Position numbers and translations under genes: made by a program | Shown here: piece after piece, positions 1-13,629 of the stretch | Position numbering within the stretch: the first letter of the stretch is position 1 | Layout: the number at the start of each line of letters is the position of its first letter | The notes under the pieces: model-generated | Seen by the model: only the letters and a program-made list of their open reading frames with translations | Told to the model about the DNA's origin: nothing | Databases searched by the model: none | Assembly (NCBI GenBank): GCA_002633005.1 | Contig: NMRA01000989.1 | Coordinates: 1-64,000 of the forward strand | Source of the DNA: Phoronis australis | Lineage: Eukaryota > Animalia > Phoronida | Reading direction: 5' to 3' | Length of the DNA stretch: 64,000 nt

Positions 1-2064
1 TCTGTGTACCAAATTTGGTGCTTTAATCCGGGGTGTAAATGTTTTGGGGTTTTTGGCTGCTAAGGGACCGGACTATAAGTGGAGTTGGAAATGATCAGCT
101 GGAACTACCCATGGAAAATTGGAAACATACAACTCTTTAAAATGTTGTGAAAGCACAAAAGTGTTCCCCTCCCCCGCTTGACTCAATTTCTAATGTGAAT
201 TCTGGTGCGCAAGACCGGCCAGGTAGACAGCTACGAAACCAAGTTCTTTCATTCATAGACATTTTGAAACAATGAATATTTTTGTTTGAACCTCATGATA
301 CAAAATCTCAGAATGCTGGGCTTAACAGTTGCTTCATGAAAAACAAACATAGGCATTTATTGGAATGTATCTCTCCCATGTTCCAAAGAAGTCTACTTGC
401 CTAAAAACAAGGAGTTACAGGCTCCAACAATGTTAAAACAGACTGATTTATCAAACATAACTTATTAACAATTCTCAAAAAGATCCGTTGCTAATGCACA
501 ACTTATATAAATTCTTAAATAACCCTGTTTATGAATAGGTCTTTGGACTTGTAGATGTCACTCTCTTTATCACAGATGTGACTCAATGGTATCAAAGCCT
601 TTTGGCATTGCATTATCACACTGGAATTTGATGACACCTGAGTAACCCGGACTGGGCATAAAATGATAAATCACATTCCTGTCATTTCACCCAGAAGTAA
701 TTCAATCTCTTAAGAAAATTACAGAGAGTTGACAAACAAAGAAACGAGAAAAATGTCCACGAGAAAAATGTCCGGGTTCCAAACACAACTACATGCTATT
801 GTAGGAGGTTTGAGCGAGGCTTAAAAACTTGACAGTGGTACTCAGTATGTGGAATAAGCACAAGAAGTAGTTCATCATAAGTCAATATTGGCATTCCTTT
901 GTAAGTCTGACACAAAATCAACACAGTTGTTTTAAAATGAAACTGTGAATACACATTTCAAATCTAACAATGAGGACTGACCATTAAGCACACTGGCAAG
1001 TAAATGGTTCACCAATCCTAAGCTTGCTTGAAAATTACAAGGATGGGTGAATAAAATACATTTGTAACTTTCATAGCTTATCATCAGGTGTGTCTCATTT
1101 AACAATTTCAGTCACAAGATGCCAGTATGCATAGATACTCACTATCCAAGTTTGACAGGAAGCTCACTGAGGCGGCAAACGAAATCAGTTACAAGGAAAT
1201 AAGTAGAAACAAAGTACATCTAAAAAAACACTATTGCAGGTAAACTGGACGGCAAGCCAACCAACTAATGATAATCATGAACTTTTGTATCGGTTTACCT
1301 ACTCCCATCCAACAAAAGCGTTAAGAGAAGTCAATTGTATTGCCTGAGACACTAACAACAGACATAACCCAACCGTGGGCCTAATGTGTTGGATGATAAG
1401 CCACATCGACCACACAGTCAAAATATTACAACAAGCTGTGGTAAAACCCAGGGACACTTCTATGAACACAGCAGGTAATGAGTTCATGGATGGAAAACGT
1501 AGTCATTAAGGAACAATGGCAATGTGTTGGTATATTGGGGTTATTGGCAGGTGGAAGGGGTAACTATCAGACCNNNNNNNNNNNNNNNNNNNNNNNNNNN
1601 NNNNNNNNNNNNNNNNNNNNNNNNNNNNNNNNNACCTGACAAGACATGCACGAGAAGACACACTGTTGAAATTTTGTGAAAACAAATTTCAAACATTCAA
1701 AATTTTACAACTGCTTCTTGAAAATTCAAATTTTCTTTTTGAAAATGAACCCATCATGGTTGTGGTTGTATAAGACAATTGTACAGTCCATTATACAAAC
1801 ACTACCTAGCAATATTTATAAACTTCGGGTTTCAATAAAACCCACAAAGATTCAAGCATACATTCAACGTAACAGGAATGAAGAGATAGATACATTCTAA
1901 GCCCCTTCTCATCAGACAAGACATTAAAAACAGAATGGTCAAACAAAACCAATATCATGAAATCATCCTCCTAAGGTGTGTTTCAGAGTGCACTCCACCA
2001 CACTGTAAAGCAATTGCACAGAAAAGTTTTCTTAAATTGAACAAAAATAATGGCCAAAATGTAT

Positions 2065-2368
2065 TGCTCACTGTATTGTCAAATGCTCACTGTATTGTCA
2101 AATGCTCACTGTATTGTCAAATGCTCACTGTATTGTCAAATGCTCACTGTATTGCCAAATGCTCACTGTATTGCCAAATGCTCTCTGTATTGTCAAATGC
2201 TCACTGTATTGTCAAATGCTGACTGTATTGTCAAATGCTCACTGTATTGCCAAATGCTCACTGTATTGTCAAATGCTCACTGTATTGTCAAATGCTCACT
2301 GTATTGTCAAATGCTCACTGTATTGTCAAATGCTCACTGTATTGCCAGATGCTCACTGTATTGCCAAA
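2065..2368. repeat. 19-bp minisatellite (TGCTCACTGTATTGTCAAA) x~16
   Basis: Direct head-to-tail repeats with no spacers. Confidence 0.97.
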
Positions 2369-2785
2369 ATTACCACCCTGTCTTTGTTGGTGACAGTGGA
2401 ACTATATTATATGAAGTTTTCAAATAACCAAGTAAGATTGTCCTCTTGCTTAAAATTGAAAATTTTTATACAATAAAATTTTTCTGTTCCACCACATTGT
2501 GTTCTAACAGATGTATTTGCACACACCTAACTATGCTAATGTACAGCACGAATTAAATGACAATGCTTTTTTAACATAATCTACACAAAACAAAGTACAG
2601 TTGTATTCACTGACAACTTGTAAATGTAAAAACAAAAAATTTTGCAAATAGGTGACCTTTGCACTAATGAGGTACCCCGTGGGCTTGCATATCAGCATCA
2701 GCAGTGTTATTCCAAAGCACCAAAATGACCATACTTACTGGACACGGTTCAGTGATTAACTAGACACAGTTCATGGTTCAGTGAC

Positions 2786-5435
2786 CAGAAGCGGATCTAC
2801 GTTTTCAGTAAGGGGGGGGGGGGTTTAGGATTCCCCCACCCGTGTAAGACAACTTTTTGTTTTTGTAGCCAAACAGTGAAATTTCCATACATCCTGGTAC
2901 GTTTCTGGCACTTAACATGTCCCTGGAGTTTTTCTTAAAATAATTAAAAACCATTCTCGATTTTGTCACATGAACTTGGCTCATAAGTTTCGTGAAACCA
3001 TATTTGTGCACATCTGGGTATGAGTCACACCACCAGCAAAAATTTTTGTTGGAACATCTGCTTACACACACCTTTTTAGCATACGAAAAAGTGTGGTGTG
3101 TATACAGGGGCTTAGACAACTACCAAATATTCAAGAGCATAAGGAGCACCGACTGAGCGTAAAAAGTTGAATATCAGATGATCGCAACAGCCTCAAGCTG
3201 TTTAAGAACGAAGACCTGTACTGTCAGTCCGGAAATAAACATGTGTTCTGTCTCGTTACGAGAAAAAATTGGCGAACGATGGTGCTCTCAGCTCATAGTC
3301 TATTATTAAAAGCGACAATAAACAATTAAGTATTTCTTTATTAAGCTGAATCACGTTGACAACAATTGAAAACCGTCAAATGTTTCAGGAAACAAATAAT
3401 CTGAAAACAGTTTCACGAAACCAAAACATTCTGTACACCGTGGTGAAAAGATATACAGGAGCAGTTCGCAGAGGGACCAGATGTACACTGAGAATACACA
3501 AAATCTCTGGCCTGGTCCGTCACGAGACCAAAAATACACCTGTGCTTATTATCCCAATAAAAATAGTCATCTGTCGCGGACCAAACAATACTGGCTGAGA
3601 TAAATAGTTTTACAAAGCACACTTTGGTAAAAAACATCACAAGACTAGTTCCCCGAGGAACCAGAAGTACCGAAACTCGATATCTACACAAATCAAGCTG
3701 GCCTGGTCCGTCGCGAGACCTAAAGCGTACTTTGCAAAAAATTTTGAATTGAAAACTTCTCTCTAGACACTTTTTAATCCCCTGTGGTTGCTCATACATG
3801 TAGTTTACACATCTGGTGGTCAACTGCAGCGAGAGGTTGTCTAGGAAGGGTTTTCGCACCGTTCTGTAGTACTCACTGGAAGAAATAAGTATTGAGTACA
3901 GACTTAACTACGCACTACGTGAAATAGATTTTGGATATGAAGCAGATAGACTCAAGTGAAAATACAAACCAGAATCAGTTTCTGTGTGCTCGTAGACCCT
4001 CTGCTGTACTGGGTAAATTTGACATGTCCAAAAATAATTTCTATTTCGTTTTCATTGTACACAAGCATAAAAAAACGACATCATTACAAACTGTGTAGAA
4101 TCAAAACTTATTACCTGGGTGTTTCTCCAGGAACGTTGGTCCTATCTTTCTGTTGTCTAGACTGCTGAGGAATCTGTACATCAGATCCAATGGATTGCTC
4201 CTCTTGGAACCATTCTACCCAGATATCTTCGATGTTTGTTCTCAACACTTGCACTTCGTCAACTGCTGTATCAATGATCTTGTACGCCTCTACAATGTCA
4301 GCATCTCGTTTTGCAGCTCAGTTGGCACTAAGCCCCCTGAGGTTACCAAGTCCATTCGAAAGACTTACAGCATGCGCAACTAAATTTGATCCGTTCATCA
4401 TGGACTACTTCAAACCTTGACTATGTATCCCAGGACCCATTTGCATCTCTTGCAATTTTCGAAATAAACGTCCCAATGTCTGAACGCTTGAAACCCGAAG
4501 TACTAACATCAAATAAATGCCCAAGGACATGGGCGTTTCGTCGGGTGGGCCTTCCTGCGGAAATTCCCAGTATAGAAAACGGTAATGGTGCTTATTGCAG
4601 GTAGAAATACGGTAGGTGTTGAGGTCAGCACTAGGGCTCCTTAGGAGGCCTATTGAACATTGCACGAGTCCCGAACGACTTTGTTGTGAAAATACAGCCT
4701 CCCTGCAATTTCTGGTACTGTACACTGTTCGCGAATGCGGTCACTTTGTCAATGTGAGTGCCCCCTTGGTCATTCCTTGTATAGACATAACTTGTTACAG
4801 TGCATCTTCAAACAGACTCGCGACCAGACCACAACGCCTGCCACAATAGCAATTCTTCGGAAAACGATTTTTTTTCAAAAGTATTACATGTACATGTACA
4901 CTGTACTATACTATACACCAGTCAAATTCGAGTTACAAACGTGTGGGGTGTAATAAGATGACACGGCATGACCAATGAGGTAAAAACGTTCCACGTCAAT
5001 TCGCCTGAATATCAGGGTTGCGGCACCACAGCATTTCCCCTAATCAAATCAAAACATATCTTAGAGTAAAGAAACTAGTTACATAAAGAAATCAGCTATA
5101 GAACTGCTCTTTCAGCGGTGGATCCATCTAAAATGCTTGGCTACTTCAGAAGCGTCGACGGAAGCGAGCGCACAATTGATCTCCGGGGTTTTGCCGATGA
5201 GCCACAAAGACTCGAAATGCGTTGATTTTCATAACAGCAATTCACAATGCAAAAAAATATTTTTTCAGAGTGAACCCCGCCTCATTTTTTTCCAGGTTGG
5301 TTTACTTGGGGTTTACACATGCTGGCGGTGCCGTTTTTGTTTTGCTGGAGACTTTTCTGTTTTTTTTTTAATTTTTGGGTCCTGGCCCGAGGGGGGGTTT
5401 AAACCCCTTGAAGCTCCCCCCTAGATCCGCCACTG
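2786..5435 (-). mobile_element. Decayed hAT-superfamily DNA transposon with 5-bp TSD (GTGAC)
   Basis: TIRs CAGAAGCGGATCTA...TAGATCCGCCACTG, G/C-run subtermini, GTGAC on both flanks (2781-2785, 5436-5440), internal transposase remnant. Confidence 0.8.
4111..4760 (-). pseudogene. hAT transposase remnant resembling the Tip100/THAP12(PRKRIR)-type C-terminal half
   Basis: Frameshifted translation ...SNGLGNLRGLSA / KRDADIVEAYKIIDTAVDEVQVLRTNIEDIWVEWFQEEQSIGSDVQIPQQSRQQKDRTNVPGETP; family resemblance recognised by eye. Confidence 0.7.
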
Positions 5436-5502
5436 GTGACTTGTCCTGGATCATTTTCCCCAAAAAACTGGTTCTTAAAAACATTTGGCAATTTTCAACT
5501 TA

Positions 5503-6756
5503 CCGTAAACGTTCGGGTTAACGCCCATGCTCAGTTAACCGCCCACGCCCTACTTTAGGTGGATTTTCGATTTAACCGCCCACTGCTCGGTTAAGCGCCC
5601 CCCCCTGCGATTTTTGAAGATTTCCAGTTAAGCGCCCACCTCTCGGTTAAGCGCCCATCCCCGACTTTTAAAGAATGAAGATTTAGCGCCCAGTGCTAAG
5701 GAAACGCGCGATTCCCCGACTTTTAGAAAAAGACCGATGATCACAATGAGCGCAACGACGCCGGGCCTCCGAGACGGTGGTTTAGCAATGTGAATTGCAA
5801 TTTTACAAGTAACGAGTTATTGTCTTGGGTGATGGACTCACTTCAAAATATAATACTTGAACGTTTTTGTCACTTTATTTCCTTCCCATGTTTGCAAAGT
5901 TTAAGAACGCCGCCGGCGTCAAAACCTCCGCTTTCAGCGACTTTGTCTGCCGCGCTGAGTTTTCGTCTGCAGTGCACTTGATAAAACATATATTCGAAAA
6001 AATCAGGCCAGAGAAATGAGACAATGGTTAAAAGTATATAGTCANNNNNNNNNNNNNNNNNNNNNNNNNNNNNNNNNNNNNNNNNNNNNNNNNNNNNNNN
6101 NNNNNNNNNNNNNNNNNNNNNNNNNNNNNNNNNNNNNNNNNNNNNNNNNNNNNNNNNNNNNNNNNNNNNNNNNNNNNNNNNNNNNNNNNNNNNNNNNNNN
6201 NNNNNNNNNNNNNNNNNNNNNNNNNNNNNNNNNNNNNNNNNNNNNNNNNNNNNNNNNNNNNNNNNNNNNNNNNNNNNNNNNNNNNNNNNNNNNNNNNNNN
6301 NNNNNNNNNNNNNNNNNNNNNNNNNNNNNNNNNNNNNNNNNNNNNNNNNNNNNNNNNNNNNNNNNNNNNNNNNNNNNNNNNNNNNNNNNNNNNNNNNNNN
6401 NNNNNNNNNNNNNNNNNNNNNNNNNNNNNNNGTAAATTTAATAGTGAATAACTAATCTGAGGGCATGATAACCTTTGTTAGGATCATCCGCTGTTATGAC
6501 ATTTTTCCCGTCATGTGGCGACGTGACGATAACGCTCTTTGAAAAGTGCTACGCGTTCCGAGTAGGCCTACGACTACGTGTGTGGTGTGGGTACTTAGAT
6601 CACGAGGTACGATTAACCGCCCAGGGCGCTTGGCTGTCGTAATAAGCGCCCATGTTCGGTTAACCGCCCACCCTGGATTTTTTTAAGTTTCATGTTTAAG
6701 CGGTTTTTTGGGTTTGCCAATTTAACCGCCCAGGGCGTTAACCCGAACGTTTACGG
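5503..6756. mobile_element. Non-autonomous Tc1/mariner (Tc2-like, CCGTA termini) element, copy 1; contains assembly gap
   Basis: Perfect 24-bp TIR CCGTAAACGTTCGGGTTAACGCCC, TA on both flanks, many subterminal TTAA(C/G)CGCCCA motifs. Confidence 0.9.
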
Positions 6757-7068
6757 TACTTCATATTTACAACATCTCCATATGTTGTGTTTCTAATTTG
6801 ACCAAGCCATCAAAGAGATAAGGAACTACCCTGCAAGTTCCACTTTAAATAAAGTTTACAATACTTGAAAAGGCCAGACTCTAACTCTAAACAATGTTAC
6901 CCATCAGGACATCTTGAATTGTATTCATGAACAACTGTCAGGATGCCATTGCCAGCTGTAATCCTATAGACTGGCGCTGTCAATTTCACAACACAACAAG
7001 GTGTCACATCAACAACTAAGCATTTGATTTTTAGTTTAACTCTAAACCATCTGCCTAACATTTTACCC

Positions 7069-7162
7069 GGCCTGCATTCTTGAAAATCATCTGGCCTGTA
7101 TTCTTGAAAATCATATGGCCTGCATTCTTGAAAATCATCTGGCCTGTATTCTTGAAAATCAT
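7069..7162. repeat. 24-bp tandem repeat x4 (GGCCTGYATTCTTGAAAATCATCT)
   Basis: Direct repeats. Confidence 0.9.
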
Positions 7163-8940
7163 TGATAATTGTTAATGGTCTCGTGGGTGTACTGGCTTTG
7201 TAAATACGGTAAAATCTCACCAATTTTGGACAGAAACAATTGGAAAATTACCCTTTTTCATTTTTCAAGGTATTCTACCATTATAAATTCTCACATCTTT
7301 TAAAATTTCTTTTAATGGTACCGTAGCTATGGTACAGAACCTGAACATGGTGAAGCATTAATTAACTTGTCTGTCATTGTGTCCTGAATAGGTGAACTTT
7401 TACCATATATGGTAATTTGTTGTTCAGAATGTTTAACATATGAAACAAAAATTACAGGGTGAGCATAAGAACATGATGAACGATTAGAAACAAAATTATT
7501 GAAATTTTGAGACAGGTGACTGACCTATTCAGGTTACTACTAATGCCAGCCAGTCATTTCACACTCAGTAGGAAAACAAGCAGAATACGGAAACTATTGG
7601 TACTCTGTTCCAAAAAACAAATGCCGTTGACTGGTCATGTACACGTGAACAAAATGAGTAAAACCTTAACATCTGTCACTCAAACAAAAATTACATTACA
7701 GAAAAAAGTAGACTGTATTGAACCAATAGATTTTATAAAATCCTAATGACTATATTTAGAAGCCGTGGGCCACTTAATCTGAGCAGGGCAACACATTTTC
7801 TTATCTCTACCTCCAGTATAGCTCCCATGTTTATCCAGGTCCAAAAGCAGGATTTATGTTTCTAGTACATGACAGAATCCACTTCCTCTAGCCATTGCAT
7901 GTCAGGCCAGGCTGCAGATGAAGCAGGTCATAAGCCAACTTGAAGACATGTTGAGAGTTCAGTCTGTTTCCCTCAAGATAAAAACGCACTCTCTGTTATC
8001 AGGAAAAACAGGGGGACAGTAACGACCTGGTGTGCTTTGGAATGAAGTGTAAACTCGACCAATAGAGAATGAGACAGATACTGTAACTTGTAAATTCAGT
8101 AACTTGAAAATTTGATGATTAGACAAACTCTACAAAGTTGTAGTTTTAAGTAAGGTGTTCACAAATTTTACTCGAGAGTGTCAGATACGCGCAGCAATGT
8201 AAGTACATTCACATATCACTGGCAACAGACACCATTTACGTATTAGACCAGTGAGCTGATATAATATTTAACCATCTAACTATCCATAAATATGCCAACT
8301 GAAGCACTATCTATAAAAAGCTGTTGATAACTATGAGAAAATTAGCAATTCGTAGACAGGTAACAAGGAAAGGGACTAGATATATCGGGAAAGACTTGAC
8401 AACCGCCATCCACTTTGCGTCTTCCATGTATGTAAAAAACCGGATCTAGAAACAGGCATGCAGAGAAAATGAACACTGTAACACCAACCTCATGTAAACC
8501 AATCAATACCCTTATTGACTGTGCAGCCATTCAATTTTAGAATTCACTCAACTCAATGAGCTATACTCAACTGCATTGAGACAGATTATTGTTCCACAGT
8601 CTTTGTCAGCCCTGGCCATAGGACTAGCCACAAAGACCTCAGGGGATTGAACTTTATTCACCTGAGGTTCCTGTACACTTGTGATATGAAGTATAACAAT
8701 TTCAATAATATTGCCTAGCCAGACAAGGAGAACAGCTGACTTGCAAAAAATCCCACATCCCAGACAGCTACCGATGACTTTATCAGTCTACAAACTTCTG
8801 CTGCAAGATTTCATAAGACAGCCACAACAACGCAGAAAAACACAGGAAATATAATTTTTCACTGCACAACTGTTTCTAAAAATCGAGAGAATACAAAAAA
8901 AATTTCCAAAATCTCTTCTTCCGTCTGACGCCATGATATA

Positions 8941-11027
8941 CCGTAATCGTTCGGGTTAACGTCCATGTTCGGTTAACCGCCCATCCCCTACTTTAGGTGG
9001 ATTTTCGATTTAACCGCCCACTGCTCGGTTAAGCGCTACCCTGCGATTTTTGAAGATTTCCAGTTAAGCGCCCACCTCTCGGTTAAGCGCCCATCCCCGA
9101 CTTTTAAAGAATGAAGATTTAGCGCCTAGTGCTAAGGAAACGCGCGATTCCCCGACTTTTAGAAAAAGATCGACGATCACAATGAGTGCAACGAAGCCGG
9201 GACTCCGAGACGGTGGTTTAGCAATCTGAATTACAATACAGGTAACGAGTTAATGTCTTGGGTCATGAACTCACTTCAAACTATAATACTTGAACCTTTT
9301 TGTCTCTTTATTTTCTTCCCTTGTTTGTAAAGTTTAAGAACACCGCCGGCGTCAAAACCTCCGCTTTCAGCTACTTTGTCTGCCGCACTGAGTTTCCGTC
9401 TGCAGTGCACTAGATAAAACATATATTCGAAAAAATCAGGCCAGAGAAATGTGACAATGGTTTTGCCAACCCTCCAAATTCTATTAAGGTGGGAAGCTCT
9501 CGTATTGTGAACAAATCTCACAACTCACGGAAAGATGTCAAATTCTCAATATTTTGATGAATATAAGTGCCGGGTTATAGAGGATGTGGGGCGAGTCCGA
9601 AGGGACAGTACAAGTGCCTTACTGGGTTACCGATTTCGTTGCTGCCTGTTGATTTCTGAATTCAAACGTTGGCAATAATGTATGTTTGTGTATGATCTTG
9701 AAGTAATAAAAAACGGATAGTCAAATTTTGTTTTTCGCTTATTGCATCTCAGTCAAACTGGTTAGCAAATTTAACTAATGTCGCAGGCTGTTCTTTTCTA
9801 TTTCTTGCGTCAGCCCCCACGTAAGCGTGACTGTGTGAATTATCGTTTCCACATCCCCTTTTTAGCCATCCAGAATAATTTTGTTTATACATTGGCCATT
9901 TTCAGCCTGAACAAAAATTCTTACCATTCGAGTCTGAAATATCTATGACGTAAACTGCTTGACGATAGTGGGTAGGAGATTCACGCAGCTAGTTACAGGG
10001 ATGGGCTTAGGGAGCATCGAGCCGGGAAATATGGGAATAGACTTGACTTCGCAGTTTTGGGGAACATTGGCAACGGAGGAATATCGTAAAGAACTGGGTC
10101 TTTCGTAACAACAGCTTAAAAGTACATAGTCACGCCCGTTTTTGTTACTTCAGACTGTCGCTATGTGTGACTTATTTGTAGTGGTGCACGTGCGCAAGTT
10201 CCCACACTTTAGAGTGCATGTTACCTTGACACCAACATGTGATTGACAGGTGACTCACACGTAGGCCCTACGTGCATGCTGAANNNNNNNNNNNNNNNNN
10301 NNNNNNNNNNNNNNNNNNNNNNNNNNNNNNNNNNNNNNNNNNNNNNNNNNNNNNNNNNNNNNNNNNNNNNNNNNNNNNNNNNNNNNNNNNNNNNNNNNNN
10401 NNNNNNNNNNNNNNNNNNNNNNNNNNNNNNNNNNNNNNNNNNNNNNNNNNNNNNNNNNNNNNNNNNNNNNNNNNNNNNNNNNNNNNNNNNNNNNNNNNNN
10501 NNNNNNNNNNNNNNNNNNNNNNNNNNNNNNNNNNNNNNNNNNNNNNNNNNNNNNNNNNNNNNNNNNNNNNNNNNNNNNNNNNNNNNNNNNNNNNNNNNNN
10601 NNNNNNNNNNNNNNNNNNNNNNNNNNNNNNNNNNNNNNNNNNNGGCTATTACTCAGCAATTTTGTAAATTTAATAGTGAATGACTAATCTGAGGGCAAGA
10701 GAACCTTTATTGGGATCATCCACTGTTATGATGTTTTCACAGTCATTTGGCGACGTGACGATAAAGCTCTTTGAAAAGGGCTACGCGTTCCGAGTATGAT
10801 TGTCGTGTCGGGATTTAGATCGCCAGGTAAGATTAACCGCCCAGGGCGGTTGCCTGTCGTAATAAGCGCCCATGTTCGGTTAACCCCCCATCCCCTACTT
10901 TAGGTGGATTTACGATTTAACCGCCCACTGTTCGGTTAACCGCCCACTGTTCGGTTAAAACCGCCCTCCCCCGATTTTTTGGATTCGCCAATTTAACCGC
11001 CCAGGGTGTTAACCCGAACGATTACGG
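8941..11027. mobile_element. Non-autonomous Tc2-like element, copy 2 (about 2.1 kb, same family and orientation as copy 1); contains assembly gap
   Basis: TIR CCGTAATCGTTCGGGTTAAC, TA flanks; first ~500 bp and last ~350 bp align with copy 1. Confidence 0.9.
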
Positions 11028-13349
11028 TAAGTTCCAATCCTAATTTCTGGTTAAAGACATGGACCATTCTAACTTCCCAGAAATCCTATTTCAGTGCACA
11101 AGAAAACAGGCCACTACTGATAGCCAAGACTGTGTGATTTACTGTACAACTGGTGCAGTGCACTTTGGTAAACATGGTGGTATCAGTTACCAGTATCTAC
11201 TTCCAGTATTAAGGTGGTAGGTAAATCCCATACTAAAAATGCTTCAGATATACTAATGACCTGTTTTTGGGGTTACGTATGAATGATACAGTATACTTGT
11301 TAAATACATTTACTGAGCTTAGAAAGTGTTCCTCTAGTAAAACATATGGTGAAATCTCACCACTTTCTGACAGAATGTAACAATACAAGAAAAGTTGCAC
11401 CAAATACAAGTGTTATCATTTTCAAGATCTCAAATAAAAGCGTTATCATTTTCAAGATCTAAGATGATAGCTAACATCAGACAATGTTTTGAGAAATTAC
11501 GGGCTATTACAATAATGTAAGATAAAAAAATGAAAAATTAATTTTTAACAAGTAACTAGTACTTTATACAAAGTCATTCAAAAAGCTTCACACAAACTTC
11601 TAACAAATGCATTCATTTGTATCAGAATTTCTTCAATAATCACTCAATAGTGCATTAGTTAACTATCTGCTTGGCATATCAAGAAAATATGACAGTGATA
11701 CCCAAAGGACCCGGGTGAACCTCATTTAACTGCAAGCGTATACACTTAAAAAACTTCCACAGTGACATCATAAGGCCTTTTAAAGTCTGCAAGGAATACT
11801 ACAGATGAAATAAAGAAATGAGAAAATATCCCACTAACTGGCAATCCTTCACATATTTAGTTCGCGAACTAGCCAACAAGTGAAATTCCATTTTGTTAAA
11901 TTTCTCCACAAAAAGAATAAGAACGGAATAAGACAATATCCCATTTATTAAAACTTCACTTACATATGCATGATGCATGGTCTACAAGTGAATTGTCATT
12001 TTGTTAATTTTTTCCAGTTTTGTCAATTCAGAACTTTATAGTCAATTGTAAGCATGGATTGTAGTGTTTACATGTCATAAAACAACATTTGTTGAAACTT
12101 CAATAATTTGCCAAAACATAATCTGAACGGCCTTTTAAAAATGGGAAAATGACCATTAAGGTAATTATTTCTGTGCAAAATATGTAGAAAATTACTCTAA
12201 ATAGTTGAGCACAACGTGCATTTGGCATATGAAAATTTGAAAGTTGGCAGCCTAAATAGTACATTGACCAATAACTCAGCTGCAGCCCAGCCCATACTGG
12301 TAAGTGATAAATTACAATCTGTCATCAATGCTTACTTGGAGCTGAGACCATGTGGTATGGAGACAGATCAACTAAAATGGACATATGGTGAGCATATACT
12401 TGGAATCATTCTGAACACAAACAGGTAACCACAATCCAGCCACACATGTGTTACATTAAACAAACACAGACAGAATGGTAATTAAATATTTGGTAAGTTC
12501 CGAATGACATGAAAAGTAATGCACATGTGTTGTCCAAATGATTTTTATTTGTAATGTATTTGAGCGTTTTTCTGGCTAAAAACGAAAATTGATTTAGACC
12601 TTTTAACCTATAAAACAGCTCTCCTAATATTGCTTACTAGAGAATATCCATTTATTCTATATTACTGTTTGTTAAACTGTGTTTCTTGTTTCATTACAGA
12701 TACCTACCGTATGTTAGACGTGATTCAGTATTGTTGAAGAAATAAAAGAACCACTTGTGATTCAAAGACTCTTGTAGAGTTATCTACTTATATTGACACA
12801 ATTTCCTCAGTACAAGTAAGAACATCAAAACTATCAACAACTCAGTGACTTGAGTTAGTAAGTTAAACAGAATCCTATCATGGTATGAGACCCATTTTAC
12901 TTCATTCGATTTTGTTTATTTTAGCCAGCTAAACAGAAAGAAAAGCAGTATTACAACATAAGTTTGTAATAATCTTTTATTTCAAACTTTCACTCAGCAT
13001 AACTTTGTTTTAACTGCCTATTTTTTATAGAAACTTCGAAAAAATGTAACAGGCGAGTTCTACTAAATTATTGAATGCCAAATGAATATCCAGTGTGAAG
13101 ATCAGAGCTCAATATCTCAAGAAGTAACTGTTTAAACTGGCAAAAACCATGAACATGTAAGTTATCAAAATTTCACTAAGTTGTACTTATCTAGCAAATC
13201 ATTCTCATAAAATTGGATCTCATATGGAAGAGTTTTTGCAAATACATGACCCATGAACACATGAAAAAAAATCTGGCTTTGGTAATTTAAATAAACACAG
13301 TGTTAAATCAAAATTAAGTCAAATGAAATTTTAGACGGCAACAATATTG

Positions 13350-13437
13350 TATTTACTATTTATTATTTTTATTATTTTGATATTAAAAATGAGGGTGGCC
13401 TCTTCAGTGATAGCACTGCTTTCCAAGAGGGCCCTCA
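13350..13437 (-). mobile_element. 3' end of a CR1/L2-type LINE (or derived SINE): stem-loop plus A-rich tail
   Basis: Minus strand GAGGGCCCTCTTGGAAAGCAGTGCTATCACTGAAGAGGCCACCCTC followed by an (AAAT)-like tail. Confidence 0.55.
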
Positions 13438-13629
13438 ACAAGAAAAACAGTAATATAATACAATAAAGTAATAAAACAACAATGAAATATACGTGAAAAA
13501 AATACAATTAAAACAGGTTGAGAATTAAGACAAAATGTATGCTAAGCCTGAAGGATTGAAGACTGAAAAAAATCCAAATGTCAGTTCACGTGAGAAACCA
13601 GAAAAAACGTGATCTCAACAAAGTAAAAA

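Noticed and set aside
1055-1092. Hammerhead-like CTGATGA...GAAA on the minus strand
   Set aside because: No credible helix II or helix I pairing.
1935-2476. Three overlapping Cys-rich ORFs
   Set aside because: Translations of the stop-poor 19-bp minisatellite.
4972-4997. CCAAT followed by CCACG (ERSE-like)
   Set aside because: Spacer is 14 nt rather than 9, and it lies within a transposon.
6016-10683. ORFs consisting mostly of X
   Set aside because: Artefacts of N-filled assembly gaps.
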